This document shows, piece by piece, positions 35,101 to 48,729 of a stretch of 64,000 nucleotides of DNA (within the stretch, counting starts at the first letter, position 1; the number at the start of each line of letters is the position of its first letter). The stretch is from Nitrospirales bacterium (GTDB lineage Bacteria; Nitrospirota; Nitrospiria; Nitrospirales; UBA8639), in contig CBDBCZ010000013.1 of NCBI GenBank assembly GCA_965203295.1, forward strand, positions 576,001 through 640,000, in the 5' to 3' direction. The notes below the pieces were generated by a model. The model was not told the origin of the DNA. It saw nothing but the letters and a program-made list of their open reading frames with translations, and made no database searches. Made by a program: the position numbers and the translations under genes.

Positions 35101-38100
35101 TCATTGGGTGACACCACTTGTCAAGTGGGTGGGTGGGGAGCACCCGGAGATTGTATGCACTCTCCACATATAGTCTAATTACGTATGCCAGTATCCAAAT
35201 TAAAAATCCATTTTACTAGTTCTTAGCTGGTCTTAGTATTGAGGCTGTAACAATCCTAAAAACTTTGCATGAGTGTTATTTAGAGCAGGTGAGGATAGAG
35301 TGGTCCTTACAGCGCTCGTTCTCCAGGGTTTGAGATGCCCTCTGACCTTTAATGAGATTAAAAGGTGAGCAGAGAAGATACCTTGCTAGCAAGTCATCTA
35401 AACCTGTATCACAGATAGCTACTAATATGAAGAGATCTTAAATGCATTTATGTCGGAGAATTTTAACTTGCTCTTTGGAGAATTCACAATGGTGCTTAAG
35501 TGCCACTTTTCAACCCTTTAGCACTATGTGTCTTTCTCTTGGTATTTTTATTTTCTAGATTGACATGAATGCACTAATTTGCAGTCGATGACGCAGATCT
35601 TTCTTGCTAGCAAGTTTTCTTAACCTGTATCAGAGATAGCTACTATTGTGGAGAGGCCTTGCATATATGTATGGCTGAGAATTTTCACTTGCTGTTTGGA
35701 GAATTTACAATGGTGCTTAAAGTGCCACTTTTCATCCCACTAGCACCATGTGTCTTTCTCTAGCTATGTTCGCTTTCTAGACTGTCATGAAGGCACATAT
35801 TTGTAGTAGATGACTCAGATCTTTCCTTGCTGAGCATACAATGGTGAAGCACCACAGCATTACATTGAGTGAAGTGGATGTTACGGAATCCAACCCTGGC
35901 CTTTAGCCAATGATGTACTATTTGGGTATGGCACATCCAATCATAGCACCATCCCAGGAACTTGGTCTTGTCCATCAGGCCTACAATTCACTAATCCAGC
36001 CTCCCCGCTGTACCTGACTCTATTCCCTGTTTTCTTTCAGTCCTCATTTTCCTAATATCCTAATTATTCGCTCGTTTTTAATTATTCACTACATCGCCTT
36101 GTTTCAAGCAGTACTTTTGTAACACCTCACTCTACCTCTGTTGATGACAGCTGCATAGTAATCTTGTATCAGAGATAGATAATACTGTGGAAACTGCACA
36201 ATGGTGCTTAAGTGCCACTTTTTGTCCCATTAGCACCATGTGTCTTTTGCTGGCTATTTTCGCATCCTAAACTGTCATTAATGCACATACTTGTAGTAGA
36301 TGACTCGGAGCTTTGTACTTTCGTACGTTGCAACTTGAAGAAGAGATTTACTCTTCTCATTGGGTGACACCATTTGTCAAGTGGGTGGGTGGGGAGCACC
36401 CGGAGATTGTATGAACTCTCCACATATTATAGTCTAATTACGTATGCCAGAATCCAAATTCAAAAATCCTTTTTTGCTAGTTCTTAGCTGTTCTTAGTAT
36501 TGAGGCTGTAACAATCCTAAGAACTTTGCATGAGTGTTATTTAGAGCAGGTGAGGATAGAGTTGTCCTTACAGCGCTAGTTCTCCAGGCTTTGAGATGCC
36601 CTCTGACCTTTAATGAGATTACAAGGTGAGCAGAAAAGATACCTTGCTAGCATGTCATCTAAACCTGTATCACAGATAGCTACTAATATGGGAGGTCTTA
36701 AAAGCGTATATGTCTGAGAATTTTCACTTGCTCTTTGGAGAATTCACAATGGTGCTTAAGTGCCACTTTTTATCCCGTTAGCACCATTGTGTCTTTGACT
36801 GGCTATTTCGCATCCTAGACTGTTAATTATGCACATACTTGTAGTAGATGACTCGGAGCTTTGTACTTTCGTACGTTGCAACTTGAAGAAGAGATTTACT
36901 CTTCTCATTGGGTGACACCACTTGTCAAGTGGGTGGGTGGGGAGCACCCGGAGATTGTATGCACTCCCCACATATAGTCTAATTACGTATGCTAGTATCC
37001 AAATTAAAAATCCATTTTACTAGTTCTTAACTGGTCTTAGTATTGAGGCTGCAACAATCCTAAAAAGTTTGCATGAGTGTTATTTAGAGCAGGTGAGGAT
37101 AGAGTGGTCATGACAGCGCTCGTTCTCCAGGGTTTGAGATGCCCTCTGACCTTTAATGAGATTAAAAGGTGAGCAGAGAAGATACCTTGCTAGCAAGTCA
37201 TCTAAACCTGTATCACAGATAGCTACATATATGAAGAGGTCTTAAATGCATTTATATCTAAGAATTTTCACTTGCTCTTTGGAGAATTCACAATGGTGCT
37301 TAAGTGCCACTTTTCAACCCTTTAGCACTATGTGTCTTTCGCTTGTTATTTTTATTTCCTAGATTGACATGAATGCACTAATTTGCAGTCGACGACGCAG
37401 ATCTTTCTTGCTAGCAAGTTTTCTTAACCTGTATCAGAGATAGCTACTATTGTGGAGAGGCCTTGCATATATGTATGGCTGAGAATTTTCACTTGCTGTT
37501 TGGAGAATTTACAATGGTGCTTAAAGTGCCACTTTTCATCCCACTAGCACCATGTGTCTTTCTCTAGCTATGTTCGCTTTCTAGACTGTCATGAAGGCAC
37601 ATATTTGTAGTAGATGACTCAGATCTTTCCTTGCTGAGCATGCAATGGTGAAGCACCACAGCATTACATTGAGTGAAGTGGATGTTACGGATTCCAACCC
37701 TGGCCTTTAGCCAATGATGTACCATTCGGGTATGGCACATCCAATCATAGCACCATCCCAGGAACTTGGTCTTGTCCATCAGGCCTACAATTCCCTAATC
37801 CAGCCTCCCCGCTGTACCTGACTCTATTCCCTGTTTTCTTTCAGTCCTCATTTTCCTACTATCCTAATTTATCGCTCGTTTTTAATTATTCACTACTTCA
37901 CCTTGTTTCAAGCAGTAATTTTGTAACACCTCACTCTACCTCTGATGATGACAGCTGCATAATAATCTTGTGTCAGAGATAGATAATACTGTGGAAACTG
38001 TAAAATGGTGCTTAAGTGCCACTTTTTATCCCGTTAGCACCATGTGTCTTTCGCTGGCTATTTTAGCATCCTAAACTGTCATTAATGCACATACTTGTAG

Positions 38101-41100
38101 TAGATGACTCGGAGCTTTGTACTTTCGTACGTTGCAACTTGAAGAAGAGATTAACTCTTCTCATTGGGTGATACCACTTGTCAAGTGGGAGGGTGGGGAG
38201 CACCCGGAGACTGTATGCACTCTCCACATATAGTCTAATTACGTATGCCAGTATCCTAATTCAAAAATCATTTTTTACTAGTTCTTAGCTTGTCTTAGTA
38301 TTGAGGCTGTTACAATCCTAAGAACTTTGCATGAGTGTTATTTAGAGCAGGTGAGGATAGAGTGGTCCTGACAGCGCTAGTTCTCCAGGGTTTGAGATGC
38401 CCTCTGACCTTTAATGAGATTACAATGTGAGCAGAAAAAATACCTTGCTAACAAGTCATCTAAACCTGTATCACAGATAGCTACTAATATGGAGAGGTCT
38501 TAAATGCATTTATGTCTGAGAATTTTCACTTGCTCTTTGGAGAATTCACAATGGTGCTTAAATGCCACTTTTTATCCCGTTAGCACCATTGTGTCTTTTG
38601 CTGGCTATTTTCGCATCCTAGACAGTCAATTATGCACACACTTGTAGTAGATGACTCGGAGCTTTGTACTTTCGTACGTTGCAACGTGAAGAAGAGATTC
38701 ACTCTTCTCATTGCGTGACACCACTAGTCGAGTGGGTGGGTGGGGAGTACCCGGAGATTGTATGCACTCTCTACATATAGTCTAATTACGTATGCCAGTA
38801 TCCAAATTAAAAATCCATTTTACTAGTTCTTAGCTGGTCTTAGTATTGAGGCTGTAAAAATCCTAAAAACTTTGCATGAGTGTTATTTAGAGCAGGTGAG
38901 GATAGAGTGGTCCTGACAGCGCACGTTCTCCAGGGTTTGAGATGCCCTCTGACCTTTAATGAGATTAAAAGGCGAGCAGAGAAGATACCTTGCTAGCAAG
39001 TCATCTAAACCTGTATCACAGATAGCTACTAACATGGAGAGGTCTTAAATGCATTTATGTTAGAGAATTTTCACTTGCTCTTTGGAGAATTCACAATGGT
39101 GCTTTAGTGCCACTTTTCAACCCTTTAGCACTATGTGTCTTTCGCTTGGTATTTTTATTTCCTAGATTGAAATGAATGCACTAATTTGCAGTCGATGACG
39201 CAGATCTTTCTTGCTAGCAAGTTTTCTTAATCTGTATCAGAGATAGCTACTATTGTGGAGAGGCCTTGCATATATGTTTGGCTGAGAATTTTCACTTGCT
39301 GTTTGGAGAATTTACAATGGTGCTTAAAGTGCCACTTTTCATCCCACTAGCACCATGTGTCTTTCTCTAGCTATGTTCGCTTTCTAGACTGTCATGAAGG
39401 CACATATTTGTAGTAGATGACTCAGATCTTTCCTTGCTGAGCATGCAATGGTGAAGCACCACAGCATTACATTGAGTGAAGTGGATGTTACGGAATCCAA
39501 CCCTGGCCTTTAGCCAATGATGTACCATTCGGGTATGGCACATCCAAGCATAGCACCATCCCAGGAACTTGGTCCAGTCCTACAATTCACTAATCCAGCC
39601 TCCACGCTGTACCTGACTCTATTCCCTGTTTTCTTTCAGTCCTCATTTTCCTACTATCCTAATTATTCGCTCGTTTTTAATTATTCACTACTTCGCCTTG
39701 TTTCAAGCAGTAATTTTGTAACACCTCACTCTACCTCTGATGATGACAGCTGCATAGTAATCTTGTACCAGAGATAGATAAAACTGTGGAAACTGCACAA
39801 TGGTGCTTAAGTGCCACTTTTTATCCCGTTAGCACCATGTGTCTTTCGCTGGCTATTTTCGCATCCTAAACTGTCATTAATGCACATACTTGTAGTAGAT
39901 GACTCGGAGCTTTGTACTTTCGTACGTTGCAACTTGAAGAAGAGATTCACTCTTCTCATTGGGTGATACCACTTGTCAAGTGGGAGGGTGGGGAGCACCC
40001 GGAGACTGTATGCACTCTCCACATATAGTCTAATTACGTATGCCAGTATCCAAATTCAAAAATCCTTTTTTACTAGTTCTTAGCTGGTCTTAGTATTGAG
40101 GCTGTGACAATCCTAAAAACTTTGCATGAGTGTTATTTAGAGCAGGTGAGGATAGAGTGGTCCTGACAGCGCTAGTTCTCCAGGCTTTGAGATGCCCTCT
40201 GACCTTTAATGTGATTAAAAGGTGAGCAAAAAAGATACCTTGCTAGCAAGTCATCTAAACCTGTATCACAGATAGCTACTAATATGGAGAGGTCTTAAAT
40301 GCATTTATGTCTGAGAATTTTAACTTGCTCTTTGGAGAATTCACAAATGCCACTTTTTATCCCGTTAGCACTAAGTGTCTTTCGCTGGCTATTTTCGCAT
40401 CCTAAACTGTCATTAATGCGCATACTTGTAGTGGATGACTCGTAGCTTTGTACTTTCGTACTTTGCAACTTGAAGAAGAGATTAACTCTTCTCATTGGGT
40501 GACACCACTTGTCAAGTGGTTGGGTGGGGAGCACCCGGAGATTGTATGCACTCTCCACATATAGTCTAATTACGTATGCCAGTATCCAAATTCAAAAATC
40601 CTTTTTACTAGTTCTTAGCTGGTATTAGTATTGAGGCTGTAACAATCCTAAGAACTTTGCATGAGTGTTATTTAGAGCAGGTGAGGATAGAGTGGTCCTG
40701 ACAGCGCTAGTTCTCCAGGCTTTGAGATGCCCTCTGACCTTTAATGAGATTACAAGGGGAGCAGAAAAGATACCTTGCTAGCAAGTCATTTAAACCTGTA
40801 TCACAGATAGCTACTAATATGGAGAGGTCTTAAATGCATTTATGTCTGAGAATTTTCACTTGCTCTTTGGAGAATTCACAATGGTGCTTAAATGCTACTT
40901 TTTATCCCGTTAGCACCATTGTGTCTTTCGCTGGCTATTTTCGCATCCTAGACAGTCAATTATGCATATACTTGTAGTAGATGACTCGGAGCTTTGTACT
41001 TTTGTACGTTGCAACTTGAAGAAGAGATTTACTCTTCTCATTGGGTGACACCACTAGTCGAGTGGGTGGGTGGGGAGCACCCGGAGATTGTATACACTCT

Positions 41101-44100
41101 CCACATATAGTCTAATTACGTATGCCAGTATCCAAATTCAAAAATCCTTTTTTACTAGTTCTTAGCTGGTCTTAGTATTGAGGCTGTAACAATCCTAAGA
41201 ACTTTGCATGAGTGTTATTTAGAGCAGGTGAGGATAGAGTGGTCCTGACAGCGCTAGTTCTCCAGGCTTTGAGATGCCCTCTGACCTTTAATGAGATTAA
41301 AAGGTGAGCAGAGAAGATACCTTGCTAGCAAGTCATCTAAACCTGTATCACAGATAGCTACTAATATGGAGAGGTCTTAAATGCATTTATGTCTGAGAAT
41401 TTTCACTTGCTCTTTGGAGAATTCACAATGGTGCTTAAGTGCCACTTTTCAACCCTTTAGCACTATCTGTATTTTGCTTGGTATTTTTATTTCCTAGATT
41501 GACCTGAATGCACTAATTTGCAGTCGATGACGCAGATCTTTCTTGCTAGCAAGTTTTCTTAACCTGTATCAGAGATAGCTACTATTGTGGAGAGGCCTTG
41601 CATATATGTATGGCTGAGAATTTTCACTTGCTGTTTGGAGAATTTACAATGGTGCTTAAAGTGCCGCTTTTCATCCCACTAGCACCATGTGTCTTTCTCT
41701 AGCTATGTTCGCTTTCTAGACTGTCATGAAGGCACATATTTGTAGTAGATGACGCAGATCTATCCTTGCTGAGCATGCAATGGTGAAGCACAACAGCATT
41801 ACATTGAGTGAGGTGGATGTTACGGATTCCAACCCTGGCCTTTAGCCAATGATGTACCATTCGGGTTTGGCACATCCAATCATAGCACCATCCCAGGAAC
41901 GTGGTCTTGTCCATCATGCCTACAATTCACTAATCCAGCCTCCACGCTGTACCTGACTCTATTCCCTGTTTTATTTCAGTCCTCATTTTCCTACTATCCT
42001 AATTATTCGCTCGTTTTTAATTATTCACTACTTCGCCTTGTTTCAAGCAATACTTTCGTAACACCTCACTCTACCCCTGATGATGACAGCTGCATAGTAA
42101 TCTTGTACCAGAGATAGATAATACTGTGGAAACTGCACAATGGTGCTTAAGTGCCACATTTTATCCCTTTAGCACCATGTGTCTTTCGCTGGCTATTTTC
42201 GCATCCTAAACTGTCATTAATGCACATACTTGTAGTAGATGACTCGGAGCTATGTACTTTCGTACATTGCAACTTGAAGAAGAGATTAACTCTTCTCATT
42301 GGGTGACACCACTTGTCAAGTGGGTGGGTGGGGAGCACCCGGAGATTGTTTGCACTCTCCACATATAGTATAATTACGTATGCCAGTATCCAAATTCAAA
42401 AATCCTTTTTTACTAGTTCTTAGCTGGTCTTAGTATTGAGGCTGTAACAATCCCAAGAACGTTGCATGAATGTTATTTAGAGCAGGTGAGGATAGAGTGG
42501 TCCTGGCATCGCTAGTTCTCCAGGCTTTGAGATGCCCTCTGACCTTTAATGAGATTAAAAGGTGAGCAGAAAAGATTCCTTGCTAGCAAGTCATCTAAAC
42601 CTGTATCACAGATAGCTACTGATATGGAGAGGTCTTAAATGCATTTATGTCTGAGAATTTTCACTTGCTCTTTGGAGAATTCACAATGGTGCTTAAAAGC
42701 CACTTTTTATCCCGTTAGCACCATTGTGTCTTTTGCTGGCTATTTTCGCATCCTAGACTGTCAATTATGCACATACTTTTAGTAGATGACTCGGAGCTTT
42801 GTACTTTCGTACGTTGCAACTTGAAGAAGAGATTAACTCTTCTCATTGGGTGACACCACTAGTCGAGTGGGTGGGTGGGGAGCACCCGGAGATTGTATGC
42901 ACTCTCCACATATTGTCTAATTACGTATGCCAGTATTCAAATTTAAAATTCATTTACTAGTTGTTAGCTGGTCTTAGTATTGAGGCTGTAACAATCCTAA
43001 AAACTTTGCATGAGCGTTATTTAGAGCAGGTGAGGATAGAGTGGTCCTGACAGCACTCGTTCTCCAGGGTTTGAGATGCCCTCTGACCTTTAATGAGATT
43101 AAAAGGTGAGCAGAGAAGATACCTTGCTAGCAAGTCATCTAAACCTGGATCACAGATAGCTACTAATATGGAGAGGTCTTAAATGCATTTATGTCTGAGA
43201 ATTTTCACTTGCTCTTTGGAGAATTCACAATGGTGCTTAAGTGCCACTTCCCTTTAGCACTATGTGTCTTTCGCTTGGTATTTATATTTCTTAGATTGAC
43301 ATGAATGCACTAATTTGCAGTCGATGACGCAGATCTTTCTTGCTAGCAAGTTTTTTTAACCTGTATCAGAGATAGTTACTATTGTGGAGAGGCCTTGCAT
43401 ATATGTTTGGCTGAGAATTTTCACTTGCTGCTTTGAGAATTTACAATGGTGCTTAAACTCCCACTTTTCATCCCACTAGCACCATGTGTCTTTCTCTAGC
43501 TATGTTCGCTTTCTAGACTGTCATGAAGGCACATATTTGTAGTAGATGACTCAGATCTATCCTTGCTGAGCATGCAATGGTGAAGCACCACAGCATTACA
43601 TTGAGTGAGGTGGATGTTACGGATTCCAACCCTGGCCTTTAGCCAATGATGTACCATTCAGATATGGCACATCCAATCATAGCACCATCCCGGGAACTTG
43701 GTCTTGTCCATCAGGCCTACAATTCACTAATCCAGCCTCCCCGCTGTACCTGACTCTATTCCCTGTTTTCTTTCAGTCCTCATTTTCCTACTATCCTAAT
43801 TATTCGCTCGTTTTTAATTATTCACTACTTCGCCTTGTTTCAAGCAGTACTTTTGTAACACCTCACTCTACCCCTGATGATGACAGCTGCATAGTTATCT
43901 AGTACCAGATATAGATAATACTGTAGAAACTGCACAATGGTGCTTAAGTGCCACATTTTATCCCGTTAGCACCATTTGTCTTTTGCTGGCTATTTTCGCA
44001 TCCTAAACTGTCATTAATGCACATACTTGTAGTAGATGACTCGGAGCTTTGTACTTCGTACGTTGCAGCTTGAAGAAGAGATTTACTCTTCTCATTGGGT

Positions 44101-47100
44101 GATACCACTTGTCAAGTGGGTGGGTGGGGAGCACCCGGAGACTGTATGCACTCTCCACATATAGTCTAATTACGTATGCCAGTATCCAAATTCAAAAATA
44201 CTTTTTTACTAGTTCTTAGCTCGTCTTAGTATTGAGGCTGTAACAATCCTAAGAACTTTGCATGAGTGTTATTTAGAGCAGGTGAGGATAGAGTGGTCCT
44301 GGCAGCGCTAGTTCTCAAGGCTTTGAGATGCCCTCTGACCTTTAATGAGATTAAAAGGTGAGCAGAAAAGATACCTTGCTAGCAAGTCATCTAAACCTGT
44401 ATCACAGATAGCTACTAATATGGAGAGGTCTTAAATGCATTTATGTCTGAGAATTTTCACTTGCTCTTTGGAGAATTCACAATGGTGCTTTAATGCCACT
44501 TTTTATCCCGTTAGCACCATTGTGTCTTTTGCTGGCTATTTTCGCATCCTAGACATTCAATTATGCACATACTTGTAGTAGATGACTCGGAGCTTTGTAC
44601 TTTCGTATGTTGCAACTTGAAGAAGAGATTTACTCTTCTCATTGGGTGACACCACTAGTCGAGTGGGTGGGTGGGGAGCACCCGGAGATTGTATGCACTC
44701 TCCACATATAGTCTAATTACGTATGCCTGTATCCAAGTTAAAAATCCATTTTACTAGTTCTTAGCTGGTCTTAGTATTGAGGTTGTAACAATCCTAAAAA
44801 CTTTGCATGAGTGTTATTTAGAGCAGGTGAGGATAGAGTGATCCTTACAGCGCTCGTTCTCCAGGGTTTGAGATGCCCTCTGACCTTTAATGAGATTAAA
44901 AGGTGAGCAGAGAAGATACCTTGCTAGCAAGTCATCTAAACCTGTATCACAGATAGCTACTAATATGGAGAGGTCTTAAATGCATTTATGTCTGAGAATT
45001 TTCACTTGTTCTTTGTAGAATTCACAATGGTGCTTAAGTGCCACTTCCCTTTAGCACTATGTGTCTTTCGCTTGGTATTTTTATTTCCTAGATTGACATG
45101 AATGCACTAATTTGCAGTCGATGACGCAGATCTTTCTTGCTAGCAAGTTTTCTTAACCTGTATCAGAGATAACTACTATTGTGGAGAGGCCTTGCATATA
45201 TGTATGGCTGAGAATTTTCGCTTGCTGTTTGGAGAATTTACAATGGTGCTTAAACTGCCACTTTTCATCCCGCTAGCACCATGTTTCTTTCTACAGCTAT
45301 GTTCGCTACCTAGACTGTCATGAAGGCCCATATATGTATTAGATGACTCAAATCTATCCTTGCTGAGCATGCAATGGTGAAGCACCACCGCATTACATGG
45401 AGTGAGGCGGATGTTACGAATTCCAACCCTGGCCTTAGCCAATGATGTACCATTCGGGTATGGCACATCCAATCATAGCACCATCCCATCATCAAGGAAC
45501 TTGGTCTTGTCCATCAGGCCTACAATTCACAAATCCAGCCTCCCCGCGGTACATGACTCTATTCCCTGTTTTGTTTCAGTCCTCTTTTCCCTCCTATTCT
45601 AATTATTCGCTCGTTTTTAATTATTCACCACTTTGCCTTGTTTCAAGCAGTACTTTAGTAACACCTCACTCTACCACTGATGATGACAGCTGTATTGTAA
45701 TCTTGTACCAGAGAGAGATATTACTGTGGGAATTGCACAACGGTGCCATTTTTTATCCCATTAGCACCATGTGTCTTTCGCTGGCTATTTTCGCATCCTA
45801 GACTGTCATTAATGCACATACTTGTAGTAGATGACTAGGATCTTTGAAATTTTGTACGTTGCAACTTGAAAAAGGGATTTACACTTCTCATTAGGTGATA
45901 CCACTTGTCGAGGAAGTGGGTGGGGAGCACTCGGAAACTGTATGTACTCTCCACATATAGTCTAATTACGTACGCCAGTCTCCCAATTAAGAATCCATTT
46001 TACTAGTTCTTAGCTGGTCTTAGAAATGAGGCTGTAACAGTCCTAAGAACTGTGCTTGAGTGTTATCTTGGGCATGTGCTGATGGGGTGTTCCTGACGGT
46101 GCTAGTTCACCAGAGTTTGAGATGCCTTCTGACCTTTGATGAGATTTAAAGAGGAGCAGAGCAGATACCTTGCCAGCAAGTTTTCCAAACCTGTATCACA
46201 GTTAGCTACTATTGTGGAGAGGTCTTAAATGCATTTACATCTCAGAATTTTCACTTGCTCTTTGGAGAATTCACAATGGTGCTAAGTGCCACTTTTCTGC
46301 CATTTAGCACCATGTGTCTATTGCTGGGTATTTTAATTTTCTAGATTGACATGAATGCACTAACTTGTAGTCGATGACGCAGATCTTTCTTGCTAGCAAA
46401 TTATCTTAACCTGTATCAGAAATAGCTACTATTGTGGAGAGGCCTTGCATATATGTATGGCTGAGGATTTTCACTTGCTGTTTGGAGAATGCACAATGGT
46501 GCTTAAAGTGCCACTTTTCATCCCACTAGCACCATGTGTCTTTCTACAGCTATGTTCGCTTCCTAGACTGTCATGAAGGCACATATTTGTAGTAGATGAC
46601 TCAGATCTATCCTTGCTGAGCATGCAATGGTGAAACACCACAGCATTACATGGAGTGAGGTTGATGTTACGGATTCCAACCCTGGCCTTAGCCAATGATG
46701 TACCATTCGGGTATGGCACATCCAATCATAGCACCATCCCATCAACAAGGAACTTGGTCTTGTCCATCAGCCCTACAATTCACTAATCCAGCCTCCCCAC
46801 TATACCTGATTCTGTTCCCTGTTTTGTTTCAGTCCTCTTTTCTCTCGTATCCTAATTATTCACTTGTTTTTAATTATTCACCACTTTGCCTTGTTTCAAG
46901 CAGTACTTTAGTAACACTTCACTCTACCCATGATAATGACAGCTGTATAGTAATCTTGTACCAGAGATAGATATTACTGTGGAAAATGCACGATGGTGCT
47001 TAAGTGCCACTTTTTATCCCATTAGCACCATGTGTCTTTCGCTCGCTATTTTCGCATCCTAGACTGTCATTAATGCACATACTTGTAGTAGATCACTAGG

Positions 47101-48728
47101 ATCTTTGAATCTTTGTACGTTGCAAATTGAAAAAGGGATTTACACTTCTCATTAGGTGACACCACTTGTCGAAGGAGTCGGTGGGGAGCATTCGGAGACT
47201 GTATGTACTCTCCACATATAGTCTAATTACGTACACCAGTATCCCAATTAAAAATTCATTTTACAAGTTTATTGCTGGTCTTAGTAATGAGGCTGTAACA
47301 GTCCTAAGAACTGTTCTTGAGTGTTATCTTGGGCATGTGCTGATGGGGTGTTCCTGACGGTGCTAGTTCACCAGAGTTTGAGATGCCTTCTGACCTTTGA
47401 TGAGATTTCAAGACCAGCAGAGAAGATACCTTGCTAACAAGTCATCTAAGCCTGTATCACAGTTAGCTACTATGGTAGAGAGGTCTTAAATGCATTTAGG
47501 TCAGAGAGTTTTCACTTGCTCTTTAGAGAATTTACAACGGTGCTTAAAGTGCCACTTTTCAGCCCTTTAGCACCATGTGTCTTTTGCTGGGTATTTTTAT
47601 TTCCTAGATTATCATGAATACACTAATTTGTAGTCTATGATGCAGATCTTTCTTGCTAGCAAGTTTTCTTAACCTGTATCAGAAATAGCTACTATTGTGG
47701 AGAGGCCTTGCATATATGTATGGCTGAGAATTTTCACTTGCTGTTTGGATTATGCTCAATGGTGCTTTAAGTGCCACTTTTCATTCCACTAGCACCATGT
47801 GTCTTTCTATAGCTATGTTCGCTTCCTAGACTGTCATGAAGGCACATATTTGTAGTAGATGACTAAGATCTATCCTTGTTGAACATGCAATGGTGAAGCA
47901 CCACAGCATTAAATGGAGAGAGGTGGGTGTTACGGATTCCAACCCTGGCCTTAGCCCATGATGTACCATTCGGGTATGGCACATCCAATCATAGCTCCAT
48001 CCAATCAACAAGGAACTTGGTCTTGTCCATCAGGCCTAGAATTCACTAATCCAGCCTCCCCGCTGTACCTGAAACTATTCCCTGTTTGGTTTCAGTCTTC
48101 ATTTTCCTCCTATCCTAATTATTCGCACGTTTTTAATTATTCACTACTTTTCCTTGTTTAAAGCAGTACTTTTGTAACACCTCACTTCACCCATGATAAT
48201 GACAGCTGCATACTAATCTTGTACCAGAGATAGATAATACTGTGGAAACTGCACAATGGTGCTTAAGTGCCACTTTTTATCCCGATAGCACTATGTGTCT
48301 TTCGCTGGCCTTAAATGCATTAATGTCTGAGAATTTTCAATTGCTCTTGGAGAATTCACAATGGTGCTTAAGTGCCATTTTTTAGCCCTTTAGCACCATG
48401 TGCAGCTTTTGCGGGCTACTTTTGTTTTCTCATGAACGCACATACTTGTGGTAGATGACTCAGATCTTTGAATCTTTGTACGTTGCAACTTGAAGAAGAA
48501 ATCCACACTTCCTTAGGTGACACCATTTGTGGGCCGGGGAGGGAGAGAGCACCCGAAGACTGTACGCACTGTCCACATCGAATTAACTATACCGGTATCC
48601 AAATTAAAAATTCATCATACTAGTTCTTAGCTGGTCTTAGTAATGAGGCTGTAACGAACTTAAGAACTGTGCTTGAGTGTTATCTTGAGCATGTACTGAT
48701 GGGGTGTTCCTGACAGTGCTAGTTCTCC
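26156..48728 (+). repeat. Left satellite array with higher-order structure (A about 543 bp, B about 710 bp; 11 B units)
   Basis: Anchor ggagaattcacaatggtgcttaa recurs about every 540 bp. The B marker recurs at about 27127, 30006, 32886, 35760, 37564, 39367, 41699, 43496, 45290, 46547 and 47810. Confidence 0.95.
46612..46955 (+). pseudogene. Penelope-like 3' fragment in satellite B unit (best-preserved reading frame; about 16 copies in the window)
   Basis: Single frame LAEHAMVKHHSITWSEVDVTDSNPGLSQ*CTIRVWHIQS*HHPINKELGLVHQPYNSLIQ. Resembles the PLE GIY-YIG C-terminus (LAEH...H.I.W...R..LE.W.I...N...G.L...Y), followed by a pyrimidine-rich 3' UTR. Confidence 0.75.
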
Positions 48729-48729
48729 T

